Source: Nitrospirota bacterium
GTDB taxonomy: Bacteria > Nitrospirota > Nitrospiria > Nitrospirales > Nitrospiraceae
Length of the DNA stretch: 64,000 bases
Direction: 5' to 3'
Assembly: GCA_963701855.1 (NCBI GenBank)
Contig: CAVPBK010000002.1
Coordinates: 1-64,000, forward strand
Made by a program: the position numbers and the translations under genes. This document shows, piece by piece, positions 22,058 through 32,480 of this stretch (position 1 is the first letter of the stretch; each line of letters starts with the position of its first letter). A model generated the notes under the pieces. The model had not been told where the DNA came from and searched no databases. It saw only the letters and a list, made by a program, of their open reading frames with translations.

Positions 22058-22999
22058 TTACATCATGAGGCGATCGACTGACTCGCAAAGCTCTCGCACC
22101 GCGCCGGCCGAAGTCACCAATGCCGCCCGCTCCTCCGCTGTCAGCTCATATTCGACCACCTCTTCCGCCCCGCCTCGGCCCAACTTGACCGGCACACCAA
22201 CAATAACATCCTGCAATCCATATTCGCCCTCACAGAGCACCGCACAGGGCAACACCCGCTTCTGGTCCTTCACAATCGCCTCGATCATATCGACCACCGA
22301 GGCCGACGGGGCATAGAATGCGCTGCCCGTTTTCAACAGATCCACGATTTCGGCGCCCCCCTCGCGTGTCCGCCTCACAATCGCTTCCAGCCGGTCCTTC
22401 GACATCATCTCCAAGACCGGCTTCCCCTTCACCGTCGTATATCGTAACAGCGGCACCATCGTATCTCCATGCCCGCCCAACACCATCGCAGCCACGTCGG
22501 GACCTGGCACACTCAATTCAGCGGCAATAAAGGCCCGCATGCGAGCAGAATCGAGCACGCCCGCCATACCCATGACCCGCGACTTCGGCAGCCCGCTCAC
22601 ACGACGCGCCACATGGACCATGGCATCCAGCGGGTTGGTGACAAGAACCAGAATGACGTTCGGCGATCGCGACACCAACTCGGAGACGACCGATTTCACG
22701 ATCTTCGCGTTCGTGGTCAACAACTCGTCACGGCTCATCCCCGGCTTGCGAGGAATTCCTGACGTGATCACCGCCACCGACGAACCGGCCGTTTCATCAT
22801 AGCCGTTGGTGCCCACCACGCGAGTGCTATAGCCGCAGACCGGCCCTGCCTGTGTGATATCGAGGGCCTTGCCTTGCGGTACACCCTTGACTATATCGAC
22901 CAGCACCACCTCGTACTCATCCTTCTCGGCCAGCCGCTGCGCGGTCGTGCCTCCGACATTCCCCGCGCCCACCACCGTTATTTTCGGTCTGCCCATCAT
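22058..22999 (-). CDS. mdh: Malate dehydrogenase (LDH-like)
   Basis: [32 protein letters not shown]. Confidence 0.96.
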   Translation of the reverse strand: MMGRPKITVVGAGNVGGTTAQRLAEKDEYEVVLVDIVKGVPQGKALDITQAGPVCGYSTRVVGTNGYDETAGSSVAVITSGIPRKPGMSRDELLTTNAKIVKSVVSELVSRSPNVILVLVTNPLDAMVHVARRVSGLPKSRVMGMAGVLDSARMRAFIAAELSVPGPDVAAMVLGGHGDTMVPLLRYTTVKGKPVLEMMSKDRLEAIVRRTREGGAEIVDLLKTGSAFYAPSASVVDMIEAIVKDQKRVLPCAVLCEGEYGLQDVIVGVPVKLGRGGAEEVVEYELTAEERAALVTSAGAVRELCESVDRLMM

Positions 23000-23010
23000 C
23001 GGCTCCTCAT

Positions 23011-23072
23011 GAAGCGTGAAACGTGAAACGTAAAGCGCAAATCCCCTTACGCCTCACGCCTTACCTTTCACG
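23011..23072. repeat. 7-nt-period palindromic repeat
   Basis: tgaagcg tgaaacg tgaaacg taaagcg ... ttacgcc tcacgcc ttacctt tcacg; supplies the stop codon of the upstream gene. Confidence 0.7.
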
Positions 23073-23478
23073 TATGTTCGTGTTCCGTCCAGCCCGCGAC
23101 TTTAAAATTGATCGTGCAAACGAAATTGTCCCCGTCATAGAAGTTGACCTTAATCTTCTTCTTGCCATAGGTCTTGGCCAGAAAGGCGTCCGGATCATCG
23201 ACCAATTCCTGATACCCTCCTGCCGGATACTCGCCGAGGTCATGAAATACCACGATCATCCCCACTTTAACTTCTTGAAGAATCTTGGCCCAACAACGGG
23301 GATAGACCTCCCAAAACTTGGCCTCGATCAGATCCTTCGTCGGCTCCTGGCGATCCTCTCCCGGCTTCATGGGCTGCGCAAACTTCGCCAACCGCCGGAC
23401 ATAGGGATACTGATGTCCAGTAAACAGCTTGTGCAGCCAAGGCGGCACTGTCGGTCTCTCTGCTGAATTCGTCATCAA
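23068..23478 (-). CDS. Conserved hypothetical protein
   Basis: 136-aa ORF co-oriented between the VWA gene and mdh. Confidence 0.75.
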   Translation of the reverse strand: MMTNSAERPTVPPWLHKLFTGHQYPYVRRLAKFAQPMKPGEDRQEPTKDLIEAKFWEVYPRCWAKILQEVKVGMIVVFHDLGEYPAGGYQELVDDPDAFLAKTYGKKKIKVNFYDGDNFVCTINFKVAGWTEHEHT

Positions 23479-23521
23479 TTCTCCGTACCCTTTACGCCGT
23501 CCCCATCACGCCTCACATCTT

Positions 23522-26500
23522 CTAGGCGGTCAAATGTTGATAGATCCGTGGCAATCGCATCGGCAATGCTTCGAGATGATCGATCACCGCGAACTGCACG
23601 TCGCCGTACATTCTCCGGACATAGCCATCGGCCTCCCGATCGATCGTGATACAAAACGGATGCAACCCTCGTTGACGCGCCTCTCGTAACGCAGCCTTGG
23701 TGTCCTCCAGCGAATACTCGTCTTTATAGCCGTCGTCGAGCGGACGCCCATCGCTGATGAGGACGAGCAGCCGTGTCCTCGCCTCCCGCGCCAGCAATTT
23801 GACAGTAGCATGGCGAATGGCCGCCCCATCACGGTTTTGTTGCATAGGAGTCAGCCCGCCTAAACGCTGCGCCGCTTTCCCACCCAACTGATCGTCAAAG
23901 TCCTTAATCACAAGAAAGTCTACTTGTCCGCGGCCCTGGCCCGAATAGCCGTAGAGCGCGTATTGGTCTCCGACCGCTTCTAGCGCTTCGCACAAGAGCA
24001 CCAGTCCCTCTTTCTCCAGATCGATCACGCGGCGGCCGCTATCCAATTGGCGACTGGTTGAGCCGCTCACGTTGACCAGAAACAGGGCTGCGACATCCCG
24101 CTCTTTTCTTTCCCGCCTCACGTAGATCCGGTCCGATAGGTCTGCTCCCGCTGCCCGCTCAGCGCACATACGAACCGCCGCATCCACATCGAGATCGTCG
24201 CCCTCAGCTTGGCCCGATACACGCCGCAACCCTGGGGGTCGCAGACTCTCGAAAAATCGTCGAAGGGCCGAGACCTCGCTCCCGTGCGCGCTCAATGTGG
24301 CGCCCACGATGTCACCGCTCCCCTCCTCCGCAGCACGCTCGACGACGCGACACCAGCTGAGGCGATAGTCATTGATCTCCTGATCCCATTCCGGATAGCG
24401 CACCACATGATCGCCCGGCCCGGCATGATCAAGCGGTGCCGGCTGTTCGACATTCAAGGTCAAGAGTTCTTCCACATGGGAGGGCAACTGCCTTCCTCCG
24501 GCAAGCCTGTCACTCTCAGTTTCCGTACGCATGCCTTCTCGATTCCGTTGCCCCTGCGCTGACGACTCCTGCGCTCCGCCGGCGGCGCCCGCCATTCGCT
24601 CGATATCCTTTGACTGTTTTTGATCGTCCGATGCTTGTCCGTCCTGATCATGCTGACGAATGAATTCAGGATTCATCGCCCCACGATAGACCCAGTTGGT
24701 AACAGGGCGATAGTCTTCTCCCGTCTGTTCGGATGCGGAGGGACCAACCCCTAGCTCTCCTGACACATCGTCAGCCTGATGGGCCTGTATCATCGTCCCC
24801 TTCGGAGCCAACAGTTCTTCGAGCCGCACATAGAGCGCATGGGCTACGCGCACGGCCTCTTCTGCCGTCGCCGTTGGAGCAAGAATTGTCTGGCACATCG
24901 GCCAGAGTATGGCGATCTCGTCCTTGATGGCCTCGTGAATGGCGACAGACTGCGATGCAGCGGTCGACAGTTGGAGCAGTTGATCGACAACGAGTTCTTT
25001 GACGGTCAGCCCGTGCGTCAGCGACCGCGTTGTGACTGCCTCCCGCGCGAATTCTTGCAGATCGCGCTGGAGCCCCGGGTACTCCCGCTGCAGTAGAAAC
25101 TCTACCCGCGCATCCTCCGCAAGCATCCATAAGTCCTGGATCAGTCCTGGATGGGGATACAGACGAAATAGCGCCGCCAAGGTATCCGGCACAGCCTGTT
25201 TCATACGACCATATTTCTGGCGCACAGACATGACTAAGTCCGCAAGCGACTCCAGGGTCAACCGGTACGTTCCAAACTCCACGTGCCCCGCTTCGTGAGC
25301 CGCCATCACCAGATACAAACGCGTGTTCTCTTCGGCAGTGGGATAGCGACGAAGGAGCGCCGGCAGTGAGATAGTGCGCCCGTCCTGACTCACCATGGCC
25401 CGCGCAGATGTCTCCTGGCTCAGCGAATCGGGAAGCGCCTTAATCGTCAGATCCGTTCCACAGAGCCCTTGCACGAAGAGCTTCACGGTACGGGCTACCT
25501 GCCGAAGCGGCACACCGCTTAGGGCCGCTTCCACCGAAGTCAGCGCCTTCTGCGACTCCAGCGCAAAATAGGCCCTGGCTCCTTCGACACTGTAGGCCAG
25601 GACTTCCATCCCCGCTGTGAACCAAACCTCAAAGCGAGCAATAGCCTCAGCAGGCTCACCAATTACGCTCACCAATTCAGGCGCGCGCCGCAAATAGGCC
25701 AGCGCCGTGTTCGCGTCACGCTCTGCCACCAAAGCTCCATACTGCAATATTCTTAACCGCCATCCCTCATTCGGCACGGCACGCAACAGGCGCGGCGATT
25801 CCGATAACCAGGCAATGCCAGACCCTGGGTCACGTTCGGCCAGCAATGACCCAACCGTGATAACCTTGGCCCGCACTGACGGGTCTTCGTGATCGCCGAG
25901 AATGAGCGGACTGGTACGGAGGAATTCAATGGTTCCGAAATAGTCTGTCTTCCCTAAACTATTCTGGGAAATGAGTTTCAGCCCAAACGTCGCCCAGGCC
26001 CTGGCATCGTGGATAGGCAACACACGGACGACTGCGGGAATTTGACGGATGTACTCCAGCGCAACGACAAAATCGACCTGTGTCAGTTCGAGCCCGATCT
26101 CCAACCAGGCCCCCAGCTGATCCGGCGAGATGACCGTCACCACTTCCGGTGATACACGGAGAAATTCCAGCGCAATATTCGCATCCCGCTCGGCCAGCTC
26201 CAACGCGGTTTTCAGCACCAACGACCGGAGCGATGGTGGCTCGATCAAACCCAAAACCAGCGGGCTCTCCTTAAAGTACTTCAGCCCAATCGCACCGGAA
26301 GATTCGGCCAATGTAATCCCCAGATCCAACCAGGCCACCGCATCGCTGAGCCGACCCCGCTGTTGCAAATTAGGGAACGACTCGATTGCGGCGCAAGAAA
26401 CCTTCGGCGAGACCCCGTGCAACTCGTCGAGCAACAGCAAGACACCTTCCACTTGATTCGGTATTGCAACAGCCTCGACGAGGAGGGAAACCAGATGCTG

Positions 26501-26569
26501 AGCTGTAGCCGGCCCCAGCTCCTCCGCCAATTTGGCAATCAATAATTTATGGGTATCCGACATCTCCAT
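23522..26569 (-). CDS. NorD/CbbO-like VWA-domain protein with N-terminal helical repeats and an HExxH motif
   Basis: YPEWD..DY, GDDLDVDA, C-terminal VWA (NVSGS, NRDGAAIRHA, ISDGRP), AAHEAGH. Confidence 0.88.
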   Translation of the reverse strand: MEMSDTHKLLIAKLAEELGPATAQHLVSLLVEAVAIPNQVEGVLLLLDELHGVSPKVSCAAIESFPNLQQRGRLSDAVAWLDLGITLAESSGAIGLKYFKESPLVLGLIEPPSLRSLVLKTALELAERDANIALEFLRVSPEVVTVISPDQLGAWLEIGLELTQVDFVVALEYIRQIPAVVRVLPIHDARAWATFGLKLISQNSLGKTDYFGTIEFLRTSPLILGDHEDPSVRAKVITVGSLLAERDPGSGIAWLSESPRLLRAVPNEGWRLRILQYGALVAERDANTALAYLRRAPELVSVIGEPAEAIARFEVWFTAGMEVLAYSVEGARAYFALESQKALTSVEAALSGVPLRQVARTVKLFVQGLCGTDLTIKALPDSLSQETSARAMVSQDGRTISLPALLRRYPTAEENTRLYLVMAAHEAGHVEFGTYRLTLESLADLVMSVRQKYGRMKQAVPDTLAALFRLYPHPGLIQDLWMLAEDARVEFLLQREYPGLQRDLQEFAREAVTTRSLTHGLTVKELVVDQLLQLSTAASQSVAIHEAIKDEIAILWPMCQTILAPTATAEEAVRVAHALYVRLEELLAPKGTMIQAHQADDVSGELGVGPSASEQTGEDYRPVTNWVYRGAMNPEFIRQHDQDGQASDDQKQSKDIERMAGAAGGAQESSAQGQRNREGMRTETESDRLAGGRQLPSHVEELLTLNVEQPAPLDHAGPGDHVVRYPEWDQEINDYRLSWCRVVERAAEEGSGDIVGATLSAHGSEVSALRRFFESLRPPGLRRVSGQAEGDDLDVDAAVRMCAERAAGADLSDRIYVRRERKERDVAALFLVNVSGSTSRQLDSGRRVIDLEKEGLVLLCEALEAVGDQYALYGYSGQGRGQVDFLVIKDFDDQLGGKAAQRLGGLTPMQQNRDGAAIRHATVKLLAREARTRLLVLISDGRPLDDGYKDEYSLEDTKAALREARQRGLHPFCITIDREADGYVRRMYGDVQFAVIDHLEALPMRLPRIYQHLTA

Positions 26570-26713
26570 TCTCGATCAAAGTCTTACAGAATTTGCAGGA
26601 AGTGTTGGGAAGTGTTGGATTGTAAAGGACGCCCTAGCGCTTGTAAACTATGCCCCTGCGGCGCAGGTCCCTCTTCTAACCCTCGCCCAGCACCTTTTGC
26701 CAAAGGAGTTGCG

Positions 26714-27154
26714 ATGGCTGAGCCCAAGCAAGAGAGTCTCGAAAAAATGTGGAAGTATGTGAAGGGATTCGCGGAGAAGAGCGGAACTGCTATGCATCCC
26801 ATGCCCGCGGTCACCGAAGCCGTGGTCAAAGGCCTCGCGATGCACATGGACGAGCTTGGCAAACCCCTCTGCCCCTGTAACTTCTACAAGGATAAAGCAG
26901 CAGAGGCCAAGCTCCGCCGCTGGATGTGCGCCTGCGATGAGATGCAGATCTACAAATACTGCCACTGCCTGTTATTTGTGCGGGAAGACGGCCTGCCGAT
27001 CACTGAATATCTCCCGGAAGGCCACGAAGGCAGGGAAGTTTATGGGATCGTCACCGATCCAACACCCGACAAGGGCCGGGCGCTCAAGCACAAAGCCGCT
27101 ACAACACCGATACCCTTAAACGACACACCGGAACCATCCTCACCCGCCTCGTAA
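26714..27154 (+). CDS. Ferredoxin:thioredoxin reductase catalytic subunit
   Basis: GKPLCPC...WMCAC...YCHCLLF; AGGAG RBS. Confidence 0.85.
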   Translation: MAEPKQESLEKMWKYVKGFAEKSGTAMHPMPAVTEAVVKGLAMHMDELGKPLCPCNFYKDKAAEAKLRRWMCACDEMQIYKYCHCLLFVREDGLPITEYLPEGHEGREVYGIVTDPTPDKGRALKHKAATTPIPLNDTPEPSSPAS

Positions 27155-27159
27155 CGACC

Positions 27160-27792
27160 ATGCCACGGCGCAACCGACTTCTGTGTGCCGCAGTCATCCT
27201 ATTCATAGTAGGAAGCCTATGCTCCAACCAGGCACGAGCCATCGAACCTGGCAACACGTCTCCTGCCAAGACAGCACAGCCTCCAATCCTGAACGAAAAA
27301 GACCTCTTCCCCTACAAGCAAAAGGGACGAAGCACTCTGGCCGGACAAGCATTTCTTGTCTCCCCGTCCGGGAAAGCCATCACCCAAGCCGGCGCTCCAG
27401 TCCATCTCATCCCCGTCACTCCCTACACACGTTATTGGTTTGATCACAGCGTCAGAAACACTTCCTGTTCAGCGACAGAAACCCTTGCCTCCCCTGAAAG
27501 CACCACAACTCCACGCACTCAGACCGACTGCCCGCATGAAGCACTGACCAGGCTCCAGACAGAAAAACGCCTAGCTCCCTATCTCCGCACAACCAGGGCC
27601 AACCCCACCGGACATTTCTGGTTCACAAAAGTTCCCGCCGGGCGCTACTACCTCGTCAGCCTCATCGAAGAAGGATCGGGACCCCACAAAGAAGACCAGA
27701 TATCTGGGCTAGCCTGGCTGACCATCGAACTCGACGCGAGCGAAAAACTCACAAATCTCGTAGTGACCGACTGCAAAGCCAGCCTCTGCTGA
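27160..27792 (+). CDS. Secreted protein with carboxypeptidase-regulatory-like beta-sandwich
   Basis: Signal peptide; GRSTLAGQAFL, VHLIPVTPYT, GHFWFTKVPAGRYYL. Confidence 0.7.
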   Translation: MPRRNRLLCAAVILFIVGSLCSNQARAIEPGNTSPAKTAQPPILNEKDLFPYKQKGRSTLAGQAFLVSPSGKAITQAGAPVHLIPVTPYTRYWFDHSVRNTSCSATETLASPESTTTPRTQTDCPHEALTRLQTEKRLAPYLRTTRANPTGHFWFTKVPAGRYYLVSLIEEGSGPHKEDQISGLAWLTIELDASEKLTNLVVTDCKASLC

Positions 27793-28010
27793 GCGTCTCA
27801 AGCAGCGAGCATGTCTACGTTCTCTTTCCCGTACCTCTCGAACATCGTATGCGCAGGTCCATAAACTACTCTTTGAACTCGAAGGGGGTGCGGCTCGATT
27901 TCCTAGGTGATTTGAATTATCCTATCGCCTGTTCAAAAACAAACCTTTTTGCGCCTGGGTTCCTCCTGGCTCTGACGTTCACTTTGCGGTTTCATAATCT
28001 GAGGCACTGA

Positions 28011-28397
28011 ATGATAGACAGCCCAAGATTACATGACGGTTACTTTGAAGGGCTTCGAGTCAAGGATAATAAGTCCGCTAGACTGTTCTTTCGTGATCTA
28101 AACGATAAGCAATATGAATTAGATCTTGGTTCGGTGGAATATCTTCTCGCAAACGAGTTTAGGGAAGGAAATATTATTCTCGACCTGACGATAGATCAGG
28201 GGAAAGATTGTGACGTAACACGTCTGGAGAGATTGTTTGATGCTGAGTATCTTAAAAAGAATCCTGATTTCTTAACCAAGTTGCAGCGTAGAATTGAGAC
28301 TGAAGGGCTAACACTCGTGTCCATCGATCCTTCATATGGGTGTTCCTTTGTCGCACTTTGCAAGACTGCCACTTGGCGCAGAGCTATGTCAGTCTGA
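28011..28397 (+). CDS. Hypothetical protein (visibly AT-richer insert)
   Basis: 128-aa ORF LHDG...FREGNIILD...SIDPSYG. Confidence 0.7.
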   Translation: MIDSPRLHDGYFEGLRVKDNKSARLFFRDLNDKQYELDLGSVEYLLANEFREGNIILDLTIDQGKDCDVTRLERLFDAEYLKKNPDFLTKLQRRIETEGLTLVSIDPSYGCSFVALCKTATWRRAMSV

Positions 28398-28639
28398 ATG
28401 TTTCACAATCAGTTGATTTTGAACCTTACAGATGGCCATAGATATCCCGTTAGTTTCAAGGCCGAGCTTGCTTTCGTTGACCAAGGTTTTTGACCTGAGA
28501 CTCAGGGATCGTAGGAACAGGTATGATGATGGAACATGGGGAAGAGAGCCGGGATTCTGACGGCTTTCGGCGCGGGATTTCCTTCCTTGCAACCGTATGG
28601 GCAAACCGCCTATGTCCCCTCTCCAAAAAGCGAGGAAAT

Positions 28640-29204
28640 ATGTGTTGGAGGACAACAGTGGTGGCAATCAGTGTAGTCATCGGGCTCACGATCGAGCTCC
28701 AAGGATGCCGTTTGGGCATTCAACCCTCCATGCCAGATATCGGTGCAACCACAATCGCACATACGGCGGAGATCCAAGCAGACGATCAGACCATAAAGGA
28801 CATCATGTCCACATTTAAACGCGCCGACGAAGCTCTCAGACGAATGGATCTGAACGCACTTATGGACCTGTATTCGGAGGACTACACGCACAATGGCTAC
28901 ACGAAAGAGCTCATAAGAAGAAATTGGGAGGTCCTATTTCAGAGCTATTACGATTTCTCCAGTACCCATGTCTTCTCAAAAATCAAAGTGGAAGTTCGAC
29001 AAAGTTTCCAAGACTGAAATCACCTGCACAGGAAGTCTCTGGGCAACCTCCACCCGCACTGGCGAGCGAGTCAATATTGACAGTTAGTTTGGTGCCGTTC
29101 ATCTTCTAGCGTACGAAGATGGGGCATGGCGGATACGAGGCCATGCAGGGGAGATCCCCCGCATGGAGACACGCTATACGCTTCCACCTCACCCATTGTT
29201 CTGA
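28640..29204 (+). pseudogene. NTF2/SnoaL-like lipoprotein pseudogene
   Basis: LQGC lipobox, DLNALMDLYSEDYTHNG. Frameshift at ~28995, then DKVSKTEITCTGSLW...NIDS*(TAG 29085)FGAVH...GAWRIRGHAG...PPHPLF. Confidence 0.75.
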
Positions 29205-29211
29205 GCCTGCG

Positions 29212-29360
29212 TTGTGCATTTTGTGCTCAACTCCACCTCACTCCAGCCTACTCCAGCCAAAGTTCACTATCTAAGCTAAACCTTGGTTGGAGTGGGCCTG
29301 AGTGAGTCTGAATAGGCTGGAGTAGGGTCGTGAAAGCGCTTTCCTAAACCGTTTGTCGGG
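29212..29360 (+). repeat. att-like element, copy 2
   Basis: ttgtgcattttgtgctca...10-nt periodic hairpin...gcgctttcctaaaccgtttgtcggg; aligns with the reverse complement of 8244-8393. Confidence 0.7.
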
Positions 29361-29487
29361 CATTTAGACCGCCAGAGCAACCCCTTGAACTTCAGAGCGA
29401 AGGAGGGGGCTCAATGACGGTTGGATCGCTTGCGCACGTCCACCAAGCACTCTGAGCATTTTCGATTCTTATCCTTTCACTCTCTCA

Positions 29488-29880
29488 GGTCTCACAGCCA
29501 GGGGAATCCCGACTGCGGCCGTCGAACGAGCACTGATTCATCGTGCGCGTTCCGGGAGCAAAGGGATGCCCTGGCTGCGAGACCCTCCCTTCACTGCCAC
29601 CCCGACAAAATCTTTTCAGTCTCCTTCTCCCTTTCCCAACTCGTGGCGAGGTGGCGGGATGGGCGGATCAGCTTCTACTGCGCGCATCGACCGAGCACAT
29701 TCTGATCGTGCGCGGTCTGCGAGCAAAGAAGCTGGCCGCCTGACTCACGCGCTTGCATCGCACGACCATCTTTCAGCTTTTGCCTCTTTCACCCTCCCAG
29801 GCCGGCAGGGAGGAGCAGCCCTCAAGTGCGCGCGTCGGACGAGCGCCTTCTGAGCGTGCGCGTTCCGCGAGCAAGGAGGT
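29488..29880 (+). repeat. Cluster of three family-A bulged-hairpin elements (cores 29514-29560, 29679-29725, 29827-29873)
   Basis: Core TGC-G-NNNN-TC-NNNCG-A-stem-loop-G-CGNNN-NNNN-A-GCA with compensatory changes. Confidence 0.85.
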
Positions 29881-29891
29881 CCCCCTCTCCC

Positions 29892-30275
29892 TCACTGCCA
29901 CCCCGTCACCTCATATCCCTTCTCAATCAAACATCGCACCACCGCATCGGCGTATGGAGGATCTGGCTCAAGCGGCCTGTAGGCGCCGCCAACTGAACCG
30001 ATGATGACTCCGAGTGCGCCACCGACTGCCGCCCCAATCGTCACGCCCGCCACTCCACCGATGAGTCCGCTCGATGCCCCTACTGCGGCGCCACTAATCA
30101 GACCCAGCCCGGCTCCAGCCGCCACGTTACCACTTCGGCTTTCGACGTCAGGCTTCAACCCGGCCGCTTCGGCCTTCTGCTGACACATGATCACTTCAAG
30201 TTTCGCCGCCTCCCGCCCCTGCAGTTGAAACTTCGCATTCGACCGCAACATCGGTTCCGGCCCCGCACAGGCCAC
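29892..30275 (-). CDS. Glycine-zipper lipoprotein (5' end possibly frameshifted)
   Basis: LVAC lipobox region, GxxxG-rich segment, C-terminus CLIEKGYEVTGWQ shared with the next gene. Confidence 0.75.
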   Translation of the reverse strand: MACAGPEPMLRSNAKFQLQGREAAKLEVIMCQQKAEAAGLKPDVESRSGNVAAGAGLGLISGAAVGASSGLIGGVAGVTIGAAVGGALGVIIGSVGGAYRPLEPDPPYADAVVRCLIEKGYEVTGWQ

Positions 30276-30472
30276 AAGACTGAAAACTAAACCAGCCGTA
30301 ACGATGGCCTGAAACTATCCTCAGATCTCTCCACTCCCATCTAGTCAGCAGGAGCGGCTACTCCGCTTCAATCGCAAGGATAGTGGGGTTGGGCTCCACT
30401 GCGTGCCCCATTCTCACTTACCCACTCCTTCTCCCACCTCATGACGGTGGCGGGAAGGGCGGAGACTTCTAC

Positions 30473-30519
30473 TGCGCGCGTCGAACGAGCACATTCTGAT
30501 CGTGCGCGTTCCGCGAGCA
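30473..30519 (+). repeat. Family-A hairpin core
   Basis: tgcgcgcgtcgaacgagcacattctgatcgtgcgcgttccgcgagca. Confidence 0.85.
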
Positions 30520-30544
30520 AGGAAGCTGGCCGCCCGTCTCGCCT

Positions 30545-30976
30545 TCATTGCCAGCCCGTCACCTCATACCCCTTTTCTTGCAAGCATCGATTCACGAAGT
30601 TCGTGTAGGCCTGATTCGGTTGCGACGGACCAGCGACGGCGTGGTACAACCCGATCAGCAATCCCCATACCGCCCCAGTCGCTGCCCCGATCATGGAACC
30701 GCGGCCTACTGAGCCTGAGATGGCTCCACCGACCGCCCCAGCTGCCGCGCCGATTCCGCCACCCACTACGGTGCCAGTCGCAACACGACCGGCCTTTCCA
30801 CTGCCTTCTTCAGCCCCTGCCGATTCTGCCAACTTTTTACAGTCTTCGATATCCTGCCCCGCTGCCTCTTTCCCCACCGACTGCATATGCGCATTGGGAT
30901 ACAGAATAGGATGTGCCGTCGAACAGGCGGTGAGCAAGAGCAATCCCCCGACGATGGAAAGACCCCTGTGCCTCAT
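30545..30976 (-). CDS. Glycine-zipper lipoprotein
   Basis: LTAC lipobox, GGGIGAAAGAVGG, CLQEKGYEVTGWQ. Confidence 0.85.
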   Translation of the reverse strand: MRHRGLSIVGGLLLLTACSTAHPILYPNAHMQSVGKEAAGQDIEDCKKLAESAGAEEGSGKAGRVATGTVVGGGIGAAAGAVGGAISGSVGRGSMIGAATGAVWGLLIGLYHAVAGPSQPNQAYTNFVNRCLQEKGYEVTGWQ

Positions 30977-31293
30977 GATTTCGCCGATCTCTTTTCATCT
31001 CCAAGGTTCAAGCGAGTCATGACCAGCTGCGCGGTGGCCCCTTTTACGAGCACACGTTTATGTCGTCCGCCTGCACCGGAATGAATCTGCACCGATGAAG
31101 AAGGAATTGATAATCGGCGGGCTAGAAATCGGATCAATTCGTCGTTGGCCGCGCCATCAACCGGTGGAGCGGCCACTCTGATTTTGATCGCATCGCCGTG
31201 AAGGCCCACGCACTCTGTGGAGGAGGCTTTCGGTTGGACGTGAACGGTCAGGATCGCTCCGTCTTCGGTATCCTGCACGATCAGCGCATTCAT
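30973..31293 (-). CDS. DUF167 / YggU family protein
   Basis: LTVHVQPKAS, KIRVAAPPVDGAANDELIRFLA, G..GRHKRV. Confidence 0.9.
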   Translation of the reverse strand: MNALIVQDTEDGAILTVHVQPKASSTECVGLHGDAIKIRVAAPPVDGAANDELIRFLARRLSIPSSSVQIHSGAGGRHKRVLVKGATAQLVMTRLNLGDEKRSAKS

Positions 31294-31321
31294 CCGCGAC
31301 AGGGGACTCCCAGCCATAGGA

Positions 31322-32137
31322 TCAAAAAATGGCCTTCACCAATTCCAGAATGCTGCGCTGCATATCGGGGTCGTCGGTGATCGGGCGGGCAATCGCAACA
31401 TCACAGGCCCGGTCGGTCGCCACGCCTTGCCGAATAAGTGTCCCGGCATAGATCAGCAATCTGGTGCTGACGCCTTCTTCCAAACCATGATTCTTGAGGT
31501 TCCGCACCTTTCCACCGAGCTTCACCAAGCTGGCAGCAAGATCACGGCTGACCCCTGCTTCCCGCTCGACTACGGTGGTTTCGACGTCAGGTGCCGGATA
31601 GTTAAACTCAATCGCCATGAAGCGTTGCTTCGTGCTTTGCTTCAAATCCTTGAGTACGCTCTGGTACCCGGGGTTATAGGAAATCACCAGAAGGAAGTCG
31701 TCGGCCGCTTCGAGAATCTGGCCTTTCTTTTCAATCGGCAGGAAGCGGCGATCATCGCTCAGGGGATGGATGATGACCGTCGTGTCCTTCCGCGCCTCAA
31801 CGATTTCGTCCAAATAGACGATCGCGCCATGCTTCACGCCGAGTGTCAGCGGCCCATCGACCCAGACCGTCTCTTGCCCTTTGAGCAGATACCGCCCCAC
31901 AAGATCGGATGCAGTGAGATCTTCGTGGCAGGCCACCGTGATCAAAGGACGACCAAGCCGGTAGGCCATATGCTGAACAAATCGGGTCTTGCCGCAACCG
32001 GTCGGCCCCTTGAGCATAACCGGCATCTTGCTATTCGCGGCGATCGTGAACAAACCGATCTCGCCACGGACCTCCGCATAAAACGGCTCTCGCTCGATCC
32101 GATACTGTCCAACGTCAACTTCGCGTCCTTGCTGCAT
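31322..32137 (-). CDS. CbbQ/NirQ/NorQ family AAA+ ATPase
   Basis: [49 protein letters not shown]. Confidence 0.95.
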   Translation of the reverse strand: MQQGREVDVGQYRIEREPFYAEVRGEIGLFTIAANSKMPVMLKGPTGCGKTRFVQHMAYRLGRPLITVACHEDLTASDLVGRYLLKGQETVWVDGPLTLGVKHGAIVYLDEIVEARKDTTVIIHPLSDDRRFLPIEKKGQILEAADDFLLVISYNPGYQSVLKDLKQSTKQRFMAIEFNYPAPDVETTVVEREAGVSRDLAASLVKLGGKVRNLKNHGLEEGVSTRLLIYAGTLIRQGVATDRACDVAIARPITDDPDMQRSILELVKAIF

Positions 32138-32373
32138 CGCTGTGTCTCTCTGGTCTATTTCGTCTAATTAGTTTAGTTGGTTCAGTGCGGCCACGATAAA
32201 CGGAACCGAGGTTGAAGATCAAGCGATGCGGCCTGGATATCAAAACACTGACAAGCAGGCGGCCTTCCGATTTCTCATGCCTGTCTTGGAGGGAGTGGCC
32301 AAGGCTGCCCTTTACTGTGCACATCGAACGAGCACCTTTTGAGTATTTACTCTTTTCTCCTGTCACCCTCTCA

Positions 32374-32470
32374 GGTCTCGCAGCCAGGGCAATCCCGACT
32401 GCGGCCGTCGAACGAGCACTACTTCATCGTGCGCGTTCCGGGAGCAAAGGGATGCCCTGGCTGTGAGACC
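32374..32470 (+). repeat. Family-A hairpin (core 32400-32446) with outer stem nearly identical to that at 29488
   Basis: ggtctcgcagccagggcaatccc ... gggatgccctggctgtgagacc. Confidence 0.85.
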
Positions 32471-32480
32471 GCCCCCCCTG

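Noticed and set aside
29085..29087. In-frame TAG as pyrrolysine or readthrough
   Set aside because: The same gene also has a frameshift, TGG-to-TAG decay is simpler, and no pyl genes are seen.
29420..29880. Possible CRISPR array (also 60505-61150)
   Set aside because: Repeats are degenerate, irregularly spaced and embedded in long hairpins; there are no constant-length spacers and no cas genes.
31322..32137. Evidence for Calvin cycle or denitrification from cbbQ/norQ
   Set aside because: No RuBisCO or nitric oxide reductase genes in the window; the family alone does not define the client.
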